DNA from: Macrostomum lignano
Lineage: Eukaryota
NCBI GenBank assembly: GCA_002269645.1
Contig: NIVC01004912.1
Location: 1 to 31,759, forward strand
Direction of reading: 5' to 3'
Length of the DNA stretch: 31,759 bases
The notes beneath the pieces were generated by a model. That model was not told where the DNA came from. It searched no databases and saw only the letters and a program-made list of their open reading frames with translations. The translations under genes and the position numbers were made by a program. Below are positions 25,553 to 31,759 of this stretch, piece by piece (within the stretch, counting starts at the first letter, position 1; each line of letters begins with the position of its first letter).

Positions 25553-26245
25553 GATGGGGTAGCACCACACTGAATACCCAGGTGAGCAGGTGGGGGGGGG
25601 AGGGGTAGCACCGCACTGAATACCCAGGGGAGCAGGTGGGGGGGGAGGGGTAGCACCGCACTGAATACCCAGGGGAGCAGGTGGGGGGGGGGGTAGCACC
25701 GCACTGAATACCCAGGTGAGCAGGTGGGGGCGGGGTAGCACCGCACTGAATACCCAGGGAGCAGGTGGGGGGGGGTAGCACCGCACTGAATACCCAGGTG
25801 AGCAGGTGGGGGGGGGGTAGCACCGCACTGAATACCCAGGTGAGCAGGTGGGGGCGGGGGTAGCACAGCACCGCACTGAATACCCAGGTGAGCAGGTGGG
25901 GGGGGGAGGGGTAGCACCGCACTGAATACCCAGGGAGCAGGTGGGGGGGGGTAGCACCGCACTGAATACCCAGGTGAGCAGGTGGGGGCGGGGGTAGCAC
26001 CGCACTGAATACCCAGGGGAGCAGGTGGGGGGGGGTAGCACCGCACTGAATACCCAGGTGAGCAGGTGGGGGGGGGTAGCACCGCACTGAATACCCAGGT
26101 GAGCAGGTGGGGAGGGGTAGCACCGCACTGAATACCCAGGTGAGCAGGTGGGGGGGGTAGCACCGCACTGAATACCCAGGTGAGCAGGTGGGGGGGGGTA
26201 GCACCGCACTGAATACCCAGGGGAGCAGATGGGGGCGGGGGTACT
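25553..26245. repeat. ~41-46-bp G-rich minisatellite, ~16 units (GGGTAGCACCGCACTGAATACCCAGGTGAGCAGGTG-Gn)
   Basis: Read directly; variable G-run length. Confidence 0.97.
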
Positions 26246-26343
26246 GTTGCACCGCACTATAATAGATATATTCTCAGATTTTATACTAGCACAATTAATA
26301 AGCAGCGGATTTCATAACCACATGCTTTCAGCAGCAAGGCCAG

Positions 26344-26793
26344 ATGTCATCCAAGAAAGCTCCGGCCGCCGCCCCAGTTGTTGTTAGCCGCCTCCTAGAA
26401 GATCGGCTAGCAAAACTAGAAGAAGTAGAGAAGAAAGTCGACCAAGTGTTGCAGTTTGCGTCCAATACTCTGGAAGAGATGGGCAAAGATCGAACCGTCC
26501 AGAAAACTGTTGACGATCATACGAAAAAGTTTATTAACAGTTTGCGCGAAGTTGAAAAAGATATGCTAGAGCAGTTGACTTACCTGAATCAGGTGAGCTG
26601 CGGGCATCCGTACGAGAGCTCCGCCTATGCCGCTAGGCTTCAATCTGATCAAGCCACTGAGCAGGCGGCTATTGTGGCCAATCAGTTGGATGATTTAATC
26701 GCAATCTGTGCCCAGTCTGCCAACGCTTCGTCAGGAGCAACCGCTGGCGGTGATCTCGGTACAGATTTCGAAATGGGCGCCGGATCCAATTAG
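26344..26793 (+). CDS. MED11: Mediator of RNA polymerase II transcription subunit 11, intronless
   Basis: True ATG. RLAKLEEVEKKVDQVLQFAS..LEEMGKD..LTYLNQVSCGHPYESSAY parallels the recalled human MED11 RLRALEDIEREIGAILQNAG..ILELSKE..IRYLTQVATGQPHEGSSY. Confidence 0.9.
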   Translation: MSSKKAPAAAPVVVSRLLEDRLAKLEEVEKKVDQVLQFASNTLEEMGKDRTVQKTVDDHTKKFINSLREVEKDMLEQLTYLNQVSCGHPYESSAYAARLQSDQATEQAAIVANQLDDLIAICAQSANASSGATAGGDLGTDFEMGAGSN

Positions 26794-26894
26794 GCCAATG
26801 AATAACTTCAGAGAGTACTTGTTAACTCATTTCGTGATGCGCTTAGTTCTAGTGACTTTCCTGCTTTTGTCTTCTGTATTATCTGTGCTCCCTT

Positions 26895-27660
26895 GTATTT
26901 ACCCTCCCCGTGTCTACCCTCCCCGTGTCTACCCTCCCAGTATTTACCCTCCCCGTGTCTACCCTCCCGTGTCTACCCTCCCGTGTCTACCCTCCCGTGT
27001 CTACCCTCCCCGTGTCTGCCTTCTCGTGTCTACCCTCACCCTGTCTACCCTCCGCGTGTCTATCCTCCCAGTGTCTACCCTCCCCGTGTCTACCCTCCCC
27101 GTGTCTACCCTCCCCGTGTCTGCCCTCCCCGTGTCTACCCTCACCCTGTCTACCCTCCGCGTGTCTATCCTCCCAGTGTCTACCCTCCCCGTGTCTACCC
27201 TCCCGTGTCTACCCTCCCCGTGTCTACCCTCCCCGTGTCTACCCTCCCAGTATTTACCCTCCCCGTGTCTACCCTCCCAGTATTTACCCTCCCGTGTCTA
27301 CCCTCCCCGTGTCTGCCTTCTCGTGTCTACCCTCACCCTGTCTACCCTCCGCGTGTCTATCCTCCCAGTGTCTACCCTCCCAGTGTCTATCCTCCCAGTG
27401 TCTGCCCTCCCCTTTAATACCCTCCCAGTGTCTGCCCTCCCAGTGTCTGCCCTCCCAGTGTCTGCCCTCCCCTTGAATACCCTCCTAGTGCCTACCCTCC
27501 TAGTGTTTGCCCTCCCCTTGAATACCCTCCTAGTGCCTACCCTCCTAGTGTTTGCCCTCCCCTTAAATACCCTCCTAGTGCCTACCCTCCTAGTGTTTGC
27601 CCTCCCCATGAATACCCTCCTAGTGTCTACCCTCTAGCCCTCCCCGTGTCCACCCTCCCA
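26895..27660. repeat. 14-15-bp C-rich minisatellite (GTGTCTACCCTCCCC) grading into a longer variant unit
   Basis: Read directly; the sub-block CCTTCTCGTGTCTACCCTCACCCTG recurs. Confidence 0.95.
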
Positions 27661-27748
27661 GTGTCTTCCATCCAATGCCTACCATCCTTGTGTCAACCCT
27701 CCTTCCCAGTGTCCACTGCCCCAGTGTCGTTCCGCTCTCTGTGCTCAA

Positions 27749-28052
27749 ATGCCTAAATAATGGAGTTATTGTTAAGCATTATATGCCTAAATAATGGAGT
27801 TATTGTTAAGCATTATATGCCTAAATAATGGAGTTATTGTTAAGCATTATATGCCTAAATAATGGAGTTATTGTTAAGCATTATATGCCTAAATAATGGA
27901 GTTATTGTTAAGCATTATATGCCTAAATAATGGAGTTATTGTTAAGCATTATATGCCTAAATAATGGAGTTATTGTTAAGCATTATATGCCTAAATAATG
28001 GAGTTATTGTTAAGCATTATATGCCTAAATAATGGAGTTATTGTTAAGCATT
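27749..28052. repeat. 34-bp tandem repeat x9 (ATGCCTAAATAATGGAGTTATTGTTAAGCATTAT), identical units
   Basis: Units every 34 bp from 27749 to 28021; last unit incomplete; no spacers. Confidence 0.98.
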
Positions 28053-28262
28053 TACTTGTACATGCGTGCCAATGTGGCCCGAAATGCTTATATATTTAGC
28101 CAATTTACATCAGAAATAAATGCTGTACAAAATTGTGTTATCTTTTTTCCTTTCTTAGTAAATACTTATCAAGCATTCAACAACTGAAAGTTTGTACACA
28201 AAATAGAAAATTTTAAATTTTCTTTTTTTTTATGACAATAATTGTTTTCGCTCGCATCAACA

Positions 28263-28272
28263 ATGGCTAGCG
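28263..28272 (+). CDS. Exon 1 (ATGGCTAGCG) of the putative RhoGAP-like gene
   Basis: ATG, then donor GTAAGT; phase 1 joins in frame to the acceptor at 28360. Confidence 0.7.
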
Positions 28273-28360
28273 GTAAGTGACAGTCGAAATGCTTTGCTTA
28301 ATGTACCTAGTAGACGCTTGGACTGTCCAGAGTACTTTCCTTGGTCTTTGGCCCATGCAG

Positions 28361-28522
28361 GACCCGCTGCTCAGTCTGTGCCCGCCGAGGACAACGACGG
28401 CAGCGAAATTGGCGACGACTGCGAATTCGACGGTGCCGAAGCTGCCGGCCAGGAGGGTGGCGACTTTGCCGAGCCAGAGCTGGAGTTCGATGAGTCCGGG
28501 CTGGAGCTCACCGAGAATGAGG
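28361..28522 (+). CDS. Exon 2 (162 nt, acidic, contains EPELEFDESGLEL)
   Basis: CATGCAG acceptor, GTGAGC donor, phase 1-1, GC-rich and open. Confidence 0.8.
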
Positions 28523-28555
28523 GTGAGCTGCTCTTGGCTGAGAGTCCTTGGGCCT

Positions 28556-28731
28556 GTCTGTTTGTCTGTCTTGTGTGTGCGTCTGCACCTGTCTGTCTGT
28601 CTATGTCTGTCTGTCTATGTCTATTTTAGTGTCTGTCTGTCTGTCTGTCTATATCTGTTTTAGTCTCTGTCTGTTTGTCTGTCTGTCTGTCTATATCTGT
28701 TTTAGTGTCTGTCTGTCTATGTCTGTTTTAG

Positions 28732-28782
<51 letters not shown>

Positions 28783-29211
28783 GTCTGTTTTAGTGTCTGT
28801 CTGTTTGTCTGTCTGTCTGTCTATATCTGTTTTAGTCTCTGTCTGTTTGTCTGTCTGTCTGTCTATATCTGTTTTAGTCTCTGTCTGTTTGTCTGTCTGT
28901 CTGTCTATATCTGTTTTAGTGTCTGTCTGTCTATGTCTGTTTTAGTGTCTGTCTGTCTGTCTGTCTGTCTATGTCTGTTTTAGTCTCTGTCTGTTTGTCT
29001 GTCTGTCTGTCTATATCTGTTTTAGTGTCTGTCTGTCTATGTCTGTTTTAGCGTCTGTCTAGCTGTTTGTCTCTCTGACAAACAGACGGACGGACGGACA
29101 GACAGACAGACAGACAGACAAACAGCTAGACAGACACTAAAACAGACATAGACAGACAGACACGGACAGACAGACAGACGGGCAGACAAGCAGACAAAGA
29201 CAGACACTAAA

Positions 29212-29269
<58 letters not shown>

Positions 29270-29488
29270 TAAGACAGACAGCTAGACAGACACTAAAACA
29301 GACATACAGACAGACAGGCATACAGACAGACAGACAGACACTAAACCAGACATAGACAGACAGACAGACAGACAGACAAACAGCTAGACAGACACTAAAC
29401 AGACAGACAGGCGGACAGACAAACAGACAGACACTAAACCAGACATAGACAGACAGACGGGCAGACAAACAGACAAAGACAGACACTA

Positions 29489-29544
<56 letters not shown>

Positions 29545-29815
29545 TAAGACAGACAGCTAGACAGACACTAAAACAGACATACAGACAGACAGGCATACAG
29601 ACAGACGGATTGACAGACAGACAGACAGACACTAAACCAGACATAGACAGACAGACAGACAAACAGACAGAGACTAAAACAGATAGACAGACACTAAAAC
29701 AGATATAGACAGACAGACAGACAAACAGACAGACTAAACAGATGTCTGTTTAGATAGACAGATAGACAGATGTCTGTCTGTCTGTTTTAGTGTCCTTCTA
29801 GCTGTCTGTCTGTCT
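28556..29815. repeat. Compound CTGT-based satellite that inverts to ACAG orientation at ~29074 and flips again near 29743-29771
   Basis: Left arm unit GTCTGTTTTAGTGTCTGTCTGTCTAT; right arm carries its reverse complement. Confidence 0.95.
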
Positions 29816-30233
29816 GTCTCAATTAAATTGTACATACGTGTGCTAATTTTCACTGTTTACTTGATCAGTCTGTAAACAGTCTGTTTTGTGACTAGCGTCA
29901 CTAACTAGTCCAGGCTTAGCTAAAATGCAATCCGCTGTCCGCTAATTACAGAGCAGGAGCCTGGCTTTGTGACAGTGCAGCCAGCTGACTGCTCGGGTGA
30001 GAATGCAGCCAAGCAAAGCCTGCCACAATCACTGGAATTATTCATGTACCCATTTTAAATAATGATTTTTGCACTGCTAATATCATTCTGTCTAGTACGA
30101 GTATTTGATTGAAGCCAAGAGAATTAAAATTAATTATGTTTTCTAATCACTGATGCCTCATGTTGGCATTATAAATCTGTCTCAAGTTAAACAGCATTTA
30201 TTTATATTTCATTTTTCCCACTTCCTACTTTAG

Positions 30234-30260
30234 CTCTGGAGACTTTCGAGGATTACGATG
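30234..30260 (+). CDS. Exon 3, 27-nt microexon (ALETFEDYD)
   Basis: Long pyrimidine tract + TTTAG acceptor, GTAAAA donor, phase 1-1. Confidence 0.75.
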
Positions 30261-30500
30261 GTAAAAAAATGATACCTAGCCATATGCCTGCACCTATTGA
30301 CCTTAATATTGTTATTCTCGTACTCGTCAGCACAGTTATACATGCGCACGCTTAATGAAACTGTAAATATCTTGTAAACTTTCGTTGTGTTATCATTTTT
30401 TTATTTATTACGCATCTATGTACGCACACGGATGTGTACGCAGGCTGTCATACGGGTGTACAGCGGCCCTGACTTTCTAATCGTGACAGCGATGTACACT

Positions 30501-30880
30501 CCAAGGACCACCGTAGTATAACAGGAGGTAAGGCTCGTAATTTTTTGGAGGCCAATTTCCTGGAAAAAATACACTGCGAGGATAGGAACATATCACCACA
30601 AAATCAATGATTGCATTGGATCTGGGGCAGTGAAGATTAGCATTCTTTTAATTTAGCATGCAAAGTATGTTACTCTGTATTCTGTATAGCTGCGTAGTGA
30701 GTTTCATTTTCATATTTTCTTATTATTTCATAAGCCCAAAGTTGCATACTCGTATACTCACAAGTGGACGTTGTATATAGATTTTCGTGTGTCTATGCAG
30801 TGAATTTTTCCAGGAAATTGGCCTCCAAAAATGACAAATCTTTGAGTTTTACTTCCTGTTATACTACAGTGTTCCTTAGT
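30501..30880. mobile_element. Fold-back/MITE-like element with ~80-bp imperfect inverted arms
   Basis: 30501-30577 matches the reverse complement of 30797-30879 (shared GTAGTATAACAGGA and TTTTTGGAGGCCAATTTCCTGGAAAAA); no clear TSD. Confidence 0.75.
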
Positions 30881-30904
30881 ATCCTTGGTATACACTATGG
30901 GTTG

Positions 30905-30966
30905 TGGCCTTGCACGGAATCGAACCCGGTACCTTGGTTTGAGGGTCGGACGCGCGTTACCTCTGA
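30905..30966 (-). mobile_element. tRNA-like fragment, probably a SINE head
   Basis: Minus strand has B box GGTTCGATTCC preceded by a partial D-arm-like AGAGGTAA; no complete cloverleaf. Confidence 0.55.
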
Positions 30967-31088
30967 TCTTTTTTATCCTGTCTCAAAATCCTAACATAAT
31001 ATTTATATCTTTATTAATAGCAGTAGTCTGTTTGTTGGGTTGCCTTTAATTTACTTTTTATTGCCTTTTTTGCCTTCTGTTTATCCAG

Positions 31089-31133
31089 CCATTCCAGTCG
31101 AGGATCAGCTCTATTTCATGGCGAACAATCCTG
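31089..31133 (+). CDS. Exon 4, 45 nt (AIPVEDQLYFMANNP)
   Basis: TTATCCAG acceptor, GTAATT donor, phase 1-1. Confidence 0.75.
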
Positions 31134-31406
31134 GTAATTCTGTGTGCGCAACTCGTCTCAGTCTCAGGCTATTTTTATAACTGTTAAACATTAGCAACAA
31201 TAATTGCCACTGCTTTGATTAACAATAACTGATTATTGCATTTTCTACAAAGTCTACCAATCTAACAACAAAAATCTATGTCTGACGCTAGATGAAGAGT
31301 TTATCTAATTTTAATTGTTAAATTCTGATATTTCTACTAACCAGTTTTTGATGAGTAGCGAGTTGCGCAACTATTTACTATTGTATATTATTTATTTTTC
31401 AAACAG

Positions 31407-31569
31407 AAGACGATCCGTCCGACGAGAATCTCGGCGCCGGTCGCATCACGCCGAGGGCTACATAGACGAGGACTTCGAGGACACGCTTGGCTCACCGGCG
31501 ACTGAGGTTAATACTCAGGATCTGGTGGACACCGAGTTCAAGGAGATTAGTCGGCTGGGTATTATTCAG
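31407..31569 (+). CDS. Exon 5 of the putative ARHGAP1/8 (p50RhoGAP/BPGAP-like, CRAL-TRIO/BCH) gene, with a frame discontinuity
   Basis: Strong acceptor TTTTTCAAACAG. The incoming frame reads EDDPSDENLGAG then stops at 31463-31465. A second frame continues DEDFEDTLG..DTEFKEISRLGIIQ|GTGAAG, resembling the recalled ARHGAP1 DPYYDIARHQIVE-VAGDD start of the BCH domain. Confidence 0.55.
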
Positions 31570-31629
31570 GTGAAGCTGGCTTTCAATTATTGTTTCAATC
31601 TTTTTTTATCAAAAACTGCTTTAGCCTGA

Positions 31630-31759
31630 CACTCCTTTGTTATCACTCCTGACACTGACTGTTATCACCCTGACACCATCCATCATCACTCCTGACACCT
31701 GACTGTTATCACCCTGACACCATCCATCATCACTCCTGACACCTGACTGTTATCACCCT
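31630..31759. repeat. 43-44-bp tandem repeat running off the window end
   Basis: ATCACTCCTGACAC at 31642, 31685 and 31729. Confidence 0.9.

Noticed and set aside
26590-26598. Strong donor-like CAG|GTGAGC inside MED11 as a real intron start
   Set aside because: The sequence continues colinearly with MED11 homologues (QVSCGHPYE) with no gap
25442-27637. Pro/Cys-rich ORFs around MED11
   Set aside because: Minisatellite translations in multiple frames with no splice or start support
27749-28052. CRISPR-like repeat length (34 bp)
   Set aside because: No spacers, no cas genes, eukaryotic context; the same applies to the 38-bp and 41-bp arrays
30905-30966. Functional tRNA gene
   Set aside because: B box present but acceptor stem and A box incomplete; treated as a SINE fragment

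Overview
Eukaryotic (invertebrate animal) genomic DNA, not prokaryotic. Long GATA/CTGT/GGAGA microsatellites, GC-rich exons and many small transposons resemble a free-living flatworm such as Macrostomum, but that is inference only. Four protein-coding loci are supported: a large coding exon of a rhodopsin-class neuropeptide-type GPCR (minus strand), a poly-Q/His five-finger C2H2 zinc-finger gene, an intronless Mediator subunit MED11, and the first five exons of an acidic-N-terminus gene resembling ARHGAP1/8 (p50RhoGAP), whose fifth exon has a frame problem. The rest is a mosaic of micro- and minisatellites plus transposon remnants: a CORE-SINE, a hAT MITE with a nested RTE LINE 3' end, hAT-Charlie-like ends, Tc1/IS630-like remnants, a PIF/Harbinger-type MITE, a Sola1-type MITE, a probable Helitron containing a LINE endonuclease fragment, and fold-back elements. 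The most unusual signal is a sharply bounded ~4 kb domain (19.2-23.2 kb) with almost no CpG, excess TpA, and internal repeats showing CG>CA>TA stepwise changes, reminiscent of fungal RIP-type mutation. Other notable items are a quadruplicated GPCR splice donor, a fold-back microsatellite with hairpins at each strand switch, and a frameshift or possible 26-nt micro-intron. Most long ORFs in the supplied track are translations of simple repeats and are not genes. Dinucleotide counts quoted here are approximate hand counts.
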